Source: Alphaproteobacteria bacterium
GTDB lineage: Bacteria; Pseudomonadota; Alphaproteobacteria; Rs-D84
NCBI GenBank assembly: GCA_017443235.1
Contig: JAFSOV010000007.1
Coordinates: 4,769-68,768, forward strand
Length of the DNA: 64,000 nucleotides
Direction: 5' to 3'
Notes under the pieces: model-generated
What the model was told of the DNA's origin: nothing
The model's input: the letters and a program-made list of their open reading frames with translations, nothing else
Database searches by the model: none
Program-made: the position numbers and the translations under genes
Shown here: positions 37,730 through 48,111 of the stretch, piece after piece
How positions within the stretch are numbered: position 1 is the first letter of the stretch
Layout: the number at the start of each line of letters is the position of its first letter

Positions 37730-38440
37730 CTATGCGAAGGGGAATTTGCCATTTGTGGCGATTACGTCTGCGCCGATTTCAATTTTGCCGCCCGATTCGC
37801 GAACGATTAAATCACCCGCCGCAATTTCTGCAAAATCCAGATTCGTTGACATAAACCCGTCAAATTTACCCGCGGCAACCCACGCCAAATCCATCGCCGG
37901 ACACCCGGTTGTGCGAACATTGCCCGCGTTCAGCGGATTTCCCACAATATCGTTATATGCGACCGTCATATCGGCCAAATCTTTGATATTAGACGTGCGG
38001 ATGCGCGCCGAATGAAAGGCGGAATATGCATATGCACCCGCGCCCGCCTCGGCATAATACAAATATTCATCAATCGGCGAATAAATCAGTGCGATTTTTG
38101 TTTCGTCCATTGAACGCAATGCCAAAGATATTGCAAAACGCGGATTTCCGCGAACAAAATTCGCCGCCCCAGACAGAGCCAGCACAAATTCATCGCGACC
38201 ATCACCCGCACGCGTCACATTTGGGGTCAGCAGCCCCGCCGATGGACGAACCAATGATAAATCGGATAAAATTTCTTCTTCAATACGGGCGGCGGCACGG
38301 TGCACAAAATCACGCGCACCACGCAGGGATTGTTGCAGGTTTTCAACCTCGCCAAAATCGTGGCGCAGACCCGTTGCGGTCCGTTGCAGCGCCATAAACA
38401 TCTTGTTTAATTCCGGCGAACCCTTAATCAACAAATCCAT
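37730..38440 (-). CDS. Inositol-monophosphatase (SuhB)-family protein with degenerate catalytic motifs
   Basis: The C-terminal blocks GCPAMDLAWVAAGKFDGF and DFAEIAAGDLIVRESGG match the IMPase family. The expected DPxDGTxNF motif reads ALSGAANF instead. Confidence 0.7.
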   Translation of the reverse strand: MDLLIKGSPELNKMFMALQRTATGLRHDFGEVENLQQSLRGARDFVHRAAARIEEEILSDLSLVRPSAGLLTPNVTRAGDGRDEFVLALSGAANFVRGNPRFAISLALRSMDETKIALIYSPIDEYLYYAEAGAGAYAYSAFHSARIRTSNIKDLADMTVAYNDIVGNPLNAGNVRTTGCPAMDLAWVAAGKFDGFMSTNLDFAEIAAGDLIVRESGGKIEIGADVIATNGKFPFA

Positions 38441-38467
38441 TATGCGCCCCCCAATTTACACACAAAT

Positions 38468-38680
38468 TTAGAAACCAAAACCGGCAAATTTCTTTTTGAA
38501 ATCCGCGGTACGGCGACCTTTTTCACCAGCGTTTGAACGTTGACCCGTCCATGCAGAATGGTTCAAATTGTCGGTGGACAAAACCAAATCTTTATTCACC
38601 GAAGAAAACATTTTAACCGTTTTGCCGTCGGTACGTGTCACGTTGATTTCATAATAATCCGGATGAATACCCTTTTTCAT
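38468..38680 (-). CDS. rpmE: 50S ribosomal protein L31
   Basis: MKKGIHPDYYEINVTRTDGKTVKMFS...; it lacks the CxxC pair (type-B-like). The ORF track starts one Met earlier, at 38683. Confidence 0.9.
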   Translation of the reverse strand: MKKGIHPDYYEINVTRTDGKTVKMFSSVNKDLVLSTDNLNHSAWTGQRSNAGEKGRRTADFKKKFAGFGF

Positions 38681-38761
38681 CACAAACCCCTTTTTAATTT
38701 TTTTGCCCGGAAATTATACAGGCTTTTTTTGGAAAATCAAGGCAATAATGCAATTGCCACA

Positions 38762-39277
38762 CTAATATTGGCCAATGCAACCCAGATACGCGTTTCCGGT
38801 CGATTCCAATACGCGGACAAATCGATTCTTGTCATGTCCCGCAAACAGCGCCAATATCGTCCCCGCATCGGTCGCCAACATATCGGCAACCGTCGCGATT
38901 TCAGAACTCATTTTCTTGAAAAATCCACTGGTTGGGTATATTTCCGCCGCAAATAACTGATGCGATGCGTGTTTCGGCGTCTTTGCCATATTCGAATTTT
39001 CAATAACCATCAATTGGCATTCCGGCGATATAATCAATTTATCGGTTATAACCCCGGCACCACCCAATAATTCGCCCCACCAACCGGTAGAACCGTAAAA
39101 CACAGGATAATATATCACCGCATCGGGACGCGCGACAAAAATATCACCGACATTCAAATCGCCGGTTATAACATCGGGCATTGCCCCAATGGTGGAATTT
39201 ATGACCTTGCGTGCCGTCTGATATTCTGTATCAGATTTCGTACTGCGCGGCCAATAAAGAATCGGAAATCTACTCAT
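38762..39277 (-). CDS. Hypothetical protein (171 aa)
   Basis: Coding-looking ORF downstream of, and co-directional with, the first VirB6-like gene. I recognised no motif. Confidence 0.5.
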   Translation of the reverse strand: MSRFPILYWPRSTKSDTEYQTARKVINSTIGAMPDVITGDLNVGDIFVARPDAVIYYPVFYGSTGWWGELLGGAGVITDKLIISPECQLMVIENSNMAKTPKHASHQLFAAEIYPTSGFFKKMSSEIATVADMLATDAGTILALFAGHDKNRFVRVLESTGNAYLGCIGQY

Positions 39278-39345
39278 TGCTAAGAATTATATCAGATTCG
39301 GTGCAAATAAAAAAGGGGTGGGCGAAAAATAAATGTCTTGATTTT

Positions 39346-40653
39346 TTATTTTTTCAATGTTTTCCACCATTTTCCGGCCAAGCCGCGCATTGTATTAAAG
39401 TCTTTTTTCGCCGTTTGATAGTATTTATCGGAAACACTGACATTGAATAATGTCTTAATCAATGCCGGAATTGACGTCATAAACACCATAAAGAACGCCC
39501 CCAGCAAGATTATGGTTATAAGGCCGTCATCACGCAACATAAGGCCATCCATCAAAATTTTCGAACTTTCCGAATCGCCCGCCATAACCGCCGCCGCGAT
39601 TCGCGACACGCCATCAACATTTCCAATAATCGCGTCCAAAAACATCAGTCCAAAGATTAAAAATACCACCGTCATGGCAATACCGACCGTGCCTTTGACC
39701 ACATCGTCTATCATACCTTGGATATTTTTACCGCCATTCAATGCGGCCGCAATTTTCCAATCTTTGAACAACCAACCCAATAACATCAACGGCAACATTA
39801 TGAAATCCAATGCCAACCCAACAAAAATTTCCAAGAAATATAACGGTATCGGCAATATCGCCATAAAATACAGAACCAAAACCAAAAGTCCCCCAAAAAA
39901 CATTGGAACATTTGGAAAGATTGGTATGCCCCACATAATCTTGTGCATATAATCGTAATTGAACGCCATATTCAACATCGTCCATCCAACCGTCATCCCC
40001 AAACCGGTCACTTGGTGAACATTTGCCAATTCACAGCTTAGGCCACTGCGCAACTTTACCGGGAATGCCCCCGTTGGCATATTGTCGTTACGCAAAGATT
40101 TCGCGTCCCCGCCATTGTCCATCAATGTTGTTGCAACCATACATTCGGCAAATTTATCACCGTCACCCACAATATGATTCACCGACATACCAATATTGAA
40201 AACGGGTTCTATGACAACGTTGCTTATCAATCGGGGCAAAGGTAAAAATAACACCGTACATATCACCGCCAATTTAATCATATGTGTTGTGAATTTAGAT
40301 GTGATTGCCCATCCGCTTTCAATTTTAGAATTAAAAAATCCCGATGTTATGGTCCATGTAAAATACACCGCCGTCAACATCAATGCCATTGGTACAACCG
40401 CACGACCAATCTCGGCAAATATTTGTGGCAAAATTGTTGACATTGTTGCCATAACCGCACTGAACATTTGGCACGTCCAACACGAAGAAAAAAATTGCAA
40501 TGCATCATTCACATTGACCGGTGCAACACTGCGCCAAATAGAAAAACCTGCAACAACCGTACCAACACCCGCCAACACCCACGGCCAAAATGCAGCCGCG
40601 GTTAGTGGAAAGAATGATAAAAATACAATTAAAAATTTTTTTAACTTGCTCAT
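39346..40653 (-). CDS. VirB6/TrbL-like polytopic membrane protein, paralogue 1
   Basis: 435 aa with an N-terminal signal-like helix and multiple TM helices. Its central block FVGLALDFIMLPLMLLGWLFKDWK resembles the VirB6/TrbL L(A)P...F..T+..F..W region. It is divergent from paralogue 2. Confidence 0.55.
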   Translation of the reverse strand: MSKLKKFLIVFLSFFPLTAAAFWPWVLAGVGTVVAGFSIWRSVAPVNVNDALQFFSSCWTCQMFSAVMATMSTILPQIFAEIGRAVVPMALMLTAVYFTWTITSGFFNSKIESGWAITSKFTTHMIKLAVICTVLFLPLPRLISNVVIEPVFNIGMSVNHIVGDGDKFAECMVATTLMDNGGDAKSLRNDNMPTGAFPVKLRSGLSCELANVHQVTGLGMTVGWTMLNMAFNYDYMHKIMWGIPIFPNVPMFFGGLLVLVLYFMAILPIPLYFLEIFVGLALDFIMLPLMLLGWLFKDWKIAAALNGGKNIQGMIDDVVKGTVGIAMTVVFLIFGLMFLDAIIGNVDGVSRIAAAVMAGDSESSKILMDGLMLRDDGLITIILLGAFFMVFMTSIPALIKTLFNVSVSDKYYQTAKKDFNTMRGLAGKWWKTLKK

Positions 40654-40715
40654 TTTGTTTAATTATATCACAATTTTGTCATAAGTAATATAATCAATTG
40701 TAAAAATGTAGGATA

Positions 40716-42008
40716 ATGTTTTTTAACCGGCGACATTTTAGAAATATTTTTCGGCGTTTTTTGCCGGTGGTTTTTGTTGCATCCATATTCGCGCCACACG
40801 CGGCATCCGCGGCCAGTTGGGCGGTTGTTGATAAATTAAACCTGGCGCCGTTTGTACCGCATGTGTTGGATGCATTTATGACGGTTGCACGTGGAACGTA
40901 CGAATACTTTGTTGGAAACGGCGATGGAATTATTTACATTTTAATTTGGACGTTTTTGGCGTTTTCAATTTTACTGTACGCGGCGTTGATGTGGTTTCCA
41001 AAACGTTGGGTTGAATTCTTGGGATTTTCCGGTGGTGGCGAAATGTGGGACGGAAAAACATCGGGATTTGCAATGGCGGAAACGGTATTGAAAAGTGCAA
41101 TGCGCGCGGTTATTGCGGCAACATTTTTATTGCAGGTAAAACCCGTATATGTGACGCAATGGTTGGTAAATCCGTTCTTGGAATTTGGCGCGATTTATAC
41201 GAAATCTGTAATAGATACCGCAAACATAAATGGTGCACACGTTGATAACATAAAATGTCCGCAAAGCGTGTTGGCCGGCGATTGGATGAGCGAACGCAGT
41301 TGCGATTTCCTTATACAACCGGTTGCAAAAGTATCGGCCGCAAACAATGTGATTATAAAACGTGGATTTGAATATCTGTCACGTGGGTTGCACGGCCTGG
41401 TGACGTTGGTTCCGCACGGCGGACAAAATATTATGAGTGTGATAACGGGGGTGCTGTTGATATTTACTTTTGTTGGTTGCAATTTGTTTATGGCACTGCT
41501 TATTATCCAGGGTATATTTGATTTTGGTATGGCATTGATACTGTATCCGTTTGGTGTATTGGCGTGGGTTGCAAAGCGTAATGACAAATGGTTCGATATT
41601 TGGCCGCCGTTCAGTGAAATTATCAAAGCGTTGCAAAAATTGGTTATAACAATGATTGCGTGTGCGTTTATATTGATTATCAATATCGCCGTTGTGCGCG
41701 CATTGTTTCAATCGGCCGGAACGCAAAGCATTGCCGCCGGTGGCACGGCCGCCAGTAATTTGATGAACGGAAATATAACGGCAACGGCGGTGAACTTTGG
41801 TGGGCATTCGTTGTTATGGTTGTCTGCATTACTTACATTCTTTTTGATGAACGCGATTTTCGATATGACACGTAAAAAACTGAACGAATATGCATCGGGA
41901 ATGTCAAAATTGTACGACCAAACAAAATCAGATTTCAAGGCAACAACCACATGGACCAAGAACGCGTACACTTCTATTAAAAAGGCCATAGGATTGATTA
42001 AGAAATGA
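40716..42008 (+). CDS. VirB6/TrbL-like polytopic membrane protein, paralogue 2
   Basis: 430 aa with a signal peptide (ASIFAPHAASAAS), polytopic. The central block is FDFGMALILYPFGVLAWVAKRNDKWFDIW. Confidence 0.55.
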   Translation: MFFNRRHFRNIFRRFLPVVFVASIFAPHAASAASWAVVDKLNLAPFVPHVLDAFMTVARGTYEYFVGNGDGIIYILIWTFLAFSILLYAALMWFPKRWVEFLGFSGGGEMWDGKTSGFAMAETVLKSAMRAVIAATFLLQVKPVYVTQWLVNPFLEFGAIYTKSVIDTANINGAHVDNIKCPQSVLAGDWMSERSCDFLIQPVAKVSAANNVIIKRGFEYLSRGLHGLVTLVPHGGQNIMSVITGVLLIFTFVGCNLFMALLIIQGIFDFGMALILYPFGVLAWVAKRNDKWFDIWPPFSEIIKALQKLVITMIACAFILIINIAVVRALFQSAGTQSIAAGGTAASNLMNGNITATAVNFGGHSLLWLSALLTFFLMNAIFDMTRKKLNEYASGMSKLYDQTKSDFKATTTWTKNAYTSIKKAIGLIKK

Positions 42009-43237
42009 ACAATATGATGAACAGTTTTGTTGAACGTATCGCGCAATGTTGGGGTTGCGATGTGTTTGATAATTTGTTTGGCGTTGTATCAAACGCGGGC
42101 GCGGTTGTTTATAACAAAGTGGCCAATATATGTTTTGCAATTTTTGCGGTGTTGTTTGTGTTCTATGTCATATGGGCCGTATGGAAAACATTGAACCCCC
42201 AAAAACCGGACACGTCCGACCCAATGTACACAAAAAGCGTTGTTCGCGTCGTGATAAATTCTTTGTTTGCATTGACACTTTTGGGATTGGGCGTTGGCGT
42301 ACCACGATTTGTGACACGTATAACATTTGAACCGGTTGCGGATATTACTTTGATTTATACGCAATCGATATTAAAGACCACACCTGAATTTGTGGACGAA
42401 CATGTAAAAAGCGCACCATTGAAAACGGTGTCCAGTGACGGTTTTTATCGCCCAGAATTGCGCAACACAATTATTGACATTATGAAAACAACAATTGTAA
42501 TGTTTCAATCGTATATGAAATTGGGAATTGCGGTCATAGATAAATCTTTCACATGGCATGAAATGCCGACCATCGGTGCAATATTCCGGCATATATTGTA
42601 TTTCTTTGTGGGTATATATTTGTTCTATGGTTTTCTTAAATTATTTTTACGTTTTTGTTTTTACTTTGTGGACGTGATTATCAATATGGCGATGTTTGCA
42701 TTTCTGTTTCCAATTGCGTTGATGATGATGTCTTTCCGCGGGGGCGATATGCCGGAATGGATGTCATCATTGGGCAAAGGTTTGGGAACAAATCAATTAA
42801 AAAAAGTTATCGGTTCAATTGTCGCACTTGGTGCGGCGGTTATAACATACCTTGTTGTTATGGTGATTATTGCGCGTTTCTTTACAGATTCCGGAACATC
42901 GGTCAATGAATTGATGAATGCAATTATGTCTGGCGAAGTTTTCGCATCAGATTTGTCGGATGATAATTTGGCATCTATTACACTGGTTGGAATTATCGTG
43001 TTGATATATGTTTTAAATTATATTTATTCCAAAGTTCCCGATGTATCAAAAATGATACTTGATACGTTTGGCGTTTCGCAGGAAAATAAGATGAGTGAAC
43101 AAATGGCAGACGATGCAGAAAAATTGGTTGGATTGATTACAAATGGAATTAAAAACGTTGGAGAAAAAATAATCAACAACGGCGATAAAAAAGAATCAGG
43201 TGATAAAAAGGCGGACGATAAAGAAGATAAAAAGTAA
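42005..43237 (+). CDS. VirB6/TrbL-like polytopic membrane protein, paralogue 3
   Basis: 410 aa, polytopic, with the block FYFVDVIINMAMFAFLFPIALMMMSF. It has a charged K/D/E-rich C-tail. Its start overlaps the previous stop by 4 nt. Confidence 0.5.
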   Translation: MNNMMNSFVERIAQCWGCDVFDNLFGVVSNAGAVVYNKVANICFAIFAVLFVFYVIWAVWKTLNPQKPDTSDPMYTKSVVRVVINSLFALTLLGLGVGVPRFVTRITFEPVADITLIYTQSILKTTPEFVDEHVKSAPLKTVSSDGFYRPELRNTIIDIMKTTIVMFQSYMKLGIAVIDKSFTWHEMPTIGAIFRHILYFFVGIYLFYGFLKLFLRFCFYFVDVIINMAMFAFLFPIALMMMSFRGGDMPEWMSSLGKGLGTNQLKKVIGSIVALGAAVITYLVVMVIIARFFTDSGTSVNELMNAIMSGEVFASDLSDDNLASITLVGIIVLIYVLNYIYSKVPDVSKMILDTFGVSQENKMSEQMADDAEKLVGLITNGIKNVGEKIINNGDKKESGDKKADDKEDKK

Positions 43238-44676
43238 TGAAAAAATTATTATTGGGATATCTTGTTCGTTTTCTTATTGGCGCAATTGCGTTGGGTGTCG
43301 GTATTTGGTATGTTAGTTCATCACTTGGTAATGCATCAATTACATATACCAGTATGGACAGTTTCCTTAAATCAATCGGTGCAACGGATGGAAACATTGC
43401 GTCTGCAAATGGTTGTTTCCTGTGTGGATACGTAAATGATTTATTTACGGTATTGGGGGTGGCCGCGGAGAAATTCTGGACGGCAATTTTGGATAACCTG
43501 TGGATAATTATGGTGTTTGGGTTTGGTATATTTATTGTCATTCACACAATTAAATACGTGTCCAAGGCAATGGTTGACACCGGCACATTGGATACAAAAG
43601 AAAAGAAATTAGAATTTGCGCCGTGGTTTGACACCGTTTGGCGCCAAGGCGTACGTGTTATGATTGTGGGCGCATTGATTGGTGCGTTTGGTATGGGCGG
43701 AATTTCATCTATTAAAACACTGTCCAATGTGACCATAACGCCCGTAATGTACATTGGCACAGAATTATCAATGGCCGCAACCAATGTTTCGGATTCAACC
43801 AAGTGCGTTCCAACAAAATTTGATATTGAAAACCCGATGGCACCGGTTGCGAATTCGTTTATGTGCATTGTTGGAAATATAAATACGGTTATGTTGGCGG
43901 GCGCGGCGGGCGGATTCGCATTGATGAACTATGCGTGGATGGGAATTGGTGGTGGTGTGTTCACCTGGGTCGCAGGATTATTGATTGTGATAATGTTTGT
44001 TGTTATGGGATTTGATTTATTCTTTCAAATATTATCGGTCATATTCAAATTGGTATTCTTGGTTATATTCTTGCCGTTGATTGTCGCGGCATCGACATTT
44101 GAAAAAACATGGAAGATTGCGTCATCCGCATTAAAAAATTCAATTACTATGTTGGTCGATTCGGCAATAAAAGTTATCGGTATTTCATTAAAGGTTGTTA
44201 TAATCTTTGCAATTATATCTTTTGCCGGTGGCGAGGTTTTCCGCGGTGCCGGTCTGTTTCCGCCGTTATTGGGTGCGGAAAGTGTTGCAACCGATGAAAC
44301 GCTTTCTGTAAAAAATACTTTCGCAATGTGTGAAGCCCAATCGACACAACCCAATGGTGAAATTGATAAAGATGCATTCAAAGAATGTTTTATTGCACGC
44401 AAACAAATTGTAGAGGCCCGATATCCCGGTGCATTTGATTTTATGCGTGATGGATTTGGGTTCCTGATTTTGATGGCGGGTTTGGTGTTTATTTATTTCT
44501 ATATATTAAGTCCGCGCATTGATAAACTGATGGTCAGTGTTCCACCATTTGAACCATTTAATAAATCCGATGGCAAGGGCGGATTTGATGACTTTGGAAC
44601 CGACCTTAAAAAAATGGCGAAAATGACGTGGCAAAAACCCCAAGAATTGGCAGACAAATTGATAAATAAAAAATGA
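43237..44676 (+). CDS. VirB6/TrbL-like polytopic membrane protein, paralogue 4
   Basis: 479 aa, polytopic, with the block FKLVFLVIFLPLIVAASTFEKTWKIASSAL. Its start overlaps the previous stop. Confidence 0.55.
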   Translation: MKKLLLGYLVRFLIGAIALGVGIWYVSSSLGNASITYTSMDSFLKSIGATDGNIASANGCFLCGYVNDLFTVLGVAAEKFWTAILDNLWIIMVFGFGIFIVIHTIKYVSKAMVDTGTLDTKEKKLEFAPWFDTVWRQGVRVMIVGALIGAFGMGGISSIKTLSNVTITPVMYIGTELSMAATNVSDSTKCVPTKFDIENPMAPVANSFMCIVGNINTVMLAGAAGGFALMNYAWMGIGGGVFTWVAGLLIVIMFVVMGFDLFFQILSVIFKLVFLVIFLPLIVAASTFEKTWKIASSALKNSITMLVDSAIKVIGISLKVVIIFAIISFAGGEVFRGAGLFPPLLGAESVATDETLSVKNTFAMCEAQSTQPNGEIDKDAFKECFIARKQIVEARYPGAFDFMRDGFGFLILMAGLVFIYFYILSPRIDKLMVSVPPFEPFNKSDGKGGFDDFGTDLKKMAKMTWQKPQELADKLINKK

Positions 44677-45980
44677 AGAAAATTATAAAAAGATTTTTAT
44701 CGGTTATATGTATCGCATCTTTGGCGGCGGTTTTTGTTGCACCGGCAAATGCCGTCACAATCGGCAATATTTCAACGGGCGATATTGGTGAATATGGCAC
44801 ATGGACGACCGACCACAACCGCAATGAATTATTGGGTAATGTTCAAAATGATTTAAACGGATTTGAAAGCGAATACGGCCACGAATATGTTCAAACAGGC
44901 GTCCCAATCGAGGCACGTTTAGGAATTGTATTTGTGCGCGCATTATCATATGTTGCAAAAATTTTGGACAATTCTTTGGTGCGATTTGTAAATATATTTT
45001 TGATTATCGCATTTATATTTTGGGTCATGCTGTATGCATATCAATTGATTACAGACGATAAAACGAAACCAATGGCAACATTCCAAGATATTGCAAAAAA
45101 GGGTGCAACTCTTGCAATATGGTTGATTTTATTGACCGGTGGAATTCAATGGTTATTTGGCGCGATTATGGGGCCGGTTTTTGGATTTTCTTCGTATTTA
45201 TCAAATTTAATTTTGAATGCAACAACCGAAACGGGGGGATATGTGTTGGCGGATAATTGCGCCGCAATTCATTCATATGCGGTATCGCACCTTGGGAATA
45301 ACACAATATTTACCCCCGATTTTGCTGCAAACATAATGTGCGTTCCGGCGCGATTGTCGGGATTTTACTATGGTGCAATAAAATTTGGTTGGGGGTTGGT
45401 TTTATCCGGACTGGGGACCAGTACGTTCACACTGTTGGTTGGATTGATATTGGTGTGTTTGTTTATATACACGGCATACAAATTTTTATTCGTCGCATTT
45501 GGGGTTATCGCAGATTTATTCTTGGTCGTAATAACATTGCCATTTACCGCCATCGCAGAAACCGTGAACAAAACATCATATAAAGGAATTGCCGGCGATA
45601 TATACAATGCATTCTTGGGACTGTTCAAATCACAAAGTTTATCATCACAAATTAAACGGTTTATTGATGCGGCGATTTATTTTGTGTCGTTATCAATTAT
45701 CATCGCAATTGCGGGCGCGTTGTTGGCATCGGCCGTTCAGTTAAATTCTCAAACACATTTGATAACTGTATTAAATGGCGATGTGGTCACATTATTGCTT
45801 ACGGGTGCATTGGTTGCGTATATCGCTACGCACGCCGAAGAATTTGCAAAAACAATTGGTGGTGCCATAGACTATGCAATCGGGTCTGATTTGCAGAAAG
45901 ATTTGAAAACCGTATATAATGATACCAAGAAAAAAGCCGAAGCATTTATCAAGGCATTAAAGGCAGACAAGAAAAAATAA
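44673..45980 (+). CDS. VirB6/TrbL-like polytopic membrane protein, paralogue 5
   Basis: 435 aa with a signal peptide (LAAVFVAPANA), polytopic. The block is ADLFLVVITLPFTAIAETVNKTSYKGIAGDIYNAF. It overlaps the previous stop by 4 nt. Confidence 0.55.
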   Translation: MKKIIKRFLSVICIASLAAVFVAPANAVTIGNISTGDIGEYGTWTTDHNRNELLGNVQNDLNGFESEYGHEYVQTGVPIEARLGIVFVRALSYVAKILDNSLVRFVNIFLIIAFIFWVMLYAYQLITDDKTKPMATFQDIAKKGATLAIWLILLTGGIQWLFGAIMGPVFGFSSYLSNLILNATTETGGYVLADNCAAIHSYAVSHLGNNTIFTPDFAANIMCVPARLSGFYYGAIKFGWGLVLSGLGTSTFTLLVGLILVCLFIYTAYKFLFVAFGVIADLFLVVITLPFTAIAETVNKTSYKGIAGDIYNAFLGLFKSQSLSSQIKRFIDAAIYFVSLSIIIAIAGALLASAVQLNSQTHLITVLNGDVVTLLLTGALVAYIATHAEEFAKTIGGAIDYAIGSDLQKDLKTVYNDTKKKAEAFIKALKADKKK

Positions 45981-45984
45981 ATTA

Positions 45985-48066
45985 TCAATCAATTATTTTT
46001 ATAAAATCGCGTGCAACTTTTTTTATTCCGGTCTTATTGAATGCAACCGTCAAAATGTTTTCGTTTTCTTCAATAACAACACCGCGACCCATATCCGCGT
46101 GCGCGACCAATTTTCCAACCATTGTTGTGCGCATCGGTTTTATGCGCGGTTGATATGTTGCCGGGCGCGCGGCATATCGCGGCGACCGCCCGCCAAAGTC
46201 CAAATAACGCGCATCCATTTCACCAATAAAACGTGCCGGCGGATAAAATTGCCGTGAACCGAAAATAACACGTGACATAGTATTTGTAATTATCACACGC
46301 CGGCGCGCACGTGTAATTGCAACATATGCAAGACGGCGTTCTTCTTCCATACCGCCTTCTTTGATTGCTTTATCATTCGGGAAAATTCCATCTTCCCATG
46401 CCGGCAAAAATACAGTATCAAATTCCAAACCTTTGGCGGCGTGAATTGTCATAACACTTACCGCCTGGGAATCATTTGTAAATTCTGCATCATTTTCATC
46501 GGTTGTCATCAATGCGGCGTGTTCCAAAAATTCCGGCAAAGTATTATAATTTGCAATAACATTTGTTATCAATTCGCGAATATTTGATAAACGTTCTTCG
46601 GCATCTGCATCTTTCGATTCGGTCCAGTATTTCATATACCCAGATTCATTCAATAATTTTGTCACGGCGTCTTTTGGCGATACGGACGCCCAATCAAAAT
46701 CAAACGCAGATAAAAATTCTTTGGCGATTATTCCCTGTTTGCCACCAAACCCGACATTACGCAACCCCGACATCAGCGAATCGCCCGCCGCGTGCATCTT
46801 TGCAATGGCCGCCGGCCCAAACCCACGGCGTGGCCGCGTCATTGTGCGCACAAAAGACACGTCATCCGCCGGATGCACCAACAAACGTATGTATGCAATA
46901 ACATCACGAATTTCCATTCTATCATAGAACTTGGTCGTGCCGATTAAACGATACGGTATGCGCGATTCGGCAAATGTTTCTTCGAACCCGCGCGACAGCG
47001 AACCGGTGCGAATTAAAACCGCATAGTCGCCGTACCGCCCATTCGCATATCGCAAAATTGTATCTGCAATCAATTTAACTTCGTCAAAATTTGATGGCAC
47101 GGTTAAAACATAAACAGGTTCGCCAACATTTTTTTCATCGGCCGGCCGCAGGTCTTTGCCCAAACGTCCATCGTTATGCCGTATCAAAGAATTCGCCGCC
47201 CCCAGGATGTTTGCGGTACTGCGATAATTTGTCTCAAGCCGAATAATTTTCGCACCCGGAAAATTTTTTTCAAAATCCAAAATGTTTTTAATTTCTGCGC
47301 CACGCCAAGAATAAATAGATTGGTCATCATCACCGACACAGCATATATTCGGCGAATCCGTATCACGCGTCAACATTTTCAAAAATTGCATCTGGGCGGC
47401 GTTGGTATCTTGGAATTCATCAACCATAATATATTTGAATTGCCGTGCGTATTTTTCGCGCACATCGGGATTTTTTTCGAACAATTCCAACACCAATAAA
47501 ATAATATCACCAAAGTCAATTGCACCTTGACGCCGCAATTCGGCGTTATAATTATCCAAGATTTGTTTCGTCCGCGCACCAATATCCATATTTTCCACGC
47601 GTCCGCGGTCTTTGATATTTGAAATTTTTTCGACCCAATCGGTTGCATCAAATTCCTTGGAATCTGCGCCCATTGCCGCAAATACATTTTTCAAAACCGC
47701 GCGTTGGTCGTCTTCGCCAAAAATTATAAAGTCCGGTTTCAATTCGGTGTACATAACATTTGCGCGCAGTATTCGCAGACATATCGAATGAAACGTCCCA
47801 CACCACAGGTCGCGCGCATAAAACCCGGTATCGCCCGCCAACATAGCCGCAATTCTATTTTTCATTTCGTTCGCGGCTTTGTTGGTAAATGTCAATGCCA
47901 AAATTTGCCACGGGGCGGCCAAATTATTTGCCAATATATACGCGACACGCGTCACCAAAACGCAGGTTTTTCCGGTTCCCGCACCCGACAGCACCAAAAG
48001 TGGCCCTGCGGTCGTTTCAACCGCTTTTTTTTGTTCGGGGTTAAGATTTTCTAGCATTAAATTCAT
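45985..48066 (-). CDS. uvrD: ATP-dependent DNA helicase UvrD/PcrA/Rep family
   Basis: 693 aa containing LNPEQKKAV, Walker A GAGTGKT, DEFQDTN, and the TIHAAKGLEF and VAITRAR blocks. Confidence 0.9.
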   Translation of the reverse strand: MNLMLENLNPEQKKAVETTAGPLLVLSGAGTGKTCVLVTRVAYILANNLAAPWQILALTFTNKAANEMKNRIAAMLAGDTGFYARDLWCGTFHSICLRILRANVMYTELKPDFIIFGEDDQRAVLKNVFAAMGADSKEFDATDWVEKISNIKDRGRVENMDIGARTKQILDNYNAELRRQGAIDFGDIILLVLELFEKNPDVREKYARQFKYIMVDEFQDTNAAQMQFLKMLTRDTDSPNICCVGDDDQSIYSWRGAEIKNILDFEKNFPGAKIIRLETNYRSTANILGAANSLIRHNDGRLGKDLRPADEKNVGEPVYVLTVPSNFDEVKLIADTILRYANGRYGDYAVLIRTGSLSRGFEETFAESRIPYRLIGTTKFYDRMEIRDVIAYIRLLVHPADDVSFVRTMTRPRRGFGPAAIAKMHAAGDSLMSGLRNVGFGGKQGIIAKEFLSAFDFDWASVSPKDAVTKLLNESGYMKYWTESKDADAEERLSNIRELITNVIANYNTLPEFLEHAALMTTDENDAEFTNDSQAVSVMTIHAAKGLEFDTVFLPAWEDGIFPNDKAIKEGGMEEERRLAYVAITRARRRVIITNTMSRVIFGSRQFYPPARFIGEMDARYLDFGGRSPRYAARPATYQPRIKPMRTTMVGKLVAHADMGRGVVIEENENILTVAFNKTGIKKVARDFIKIID

Positions 48067-48111
48067 TATTTCATTATAATATCACAAAATTTGCTTTGGG
48101 AAAGGGTAAAA

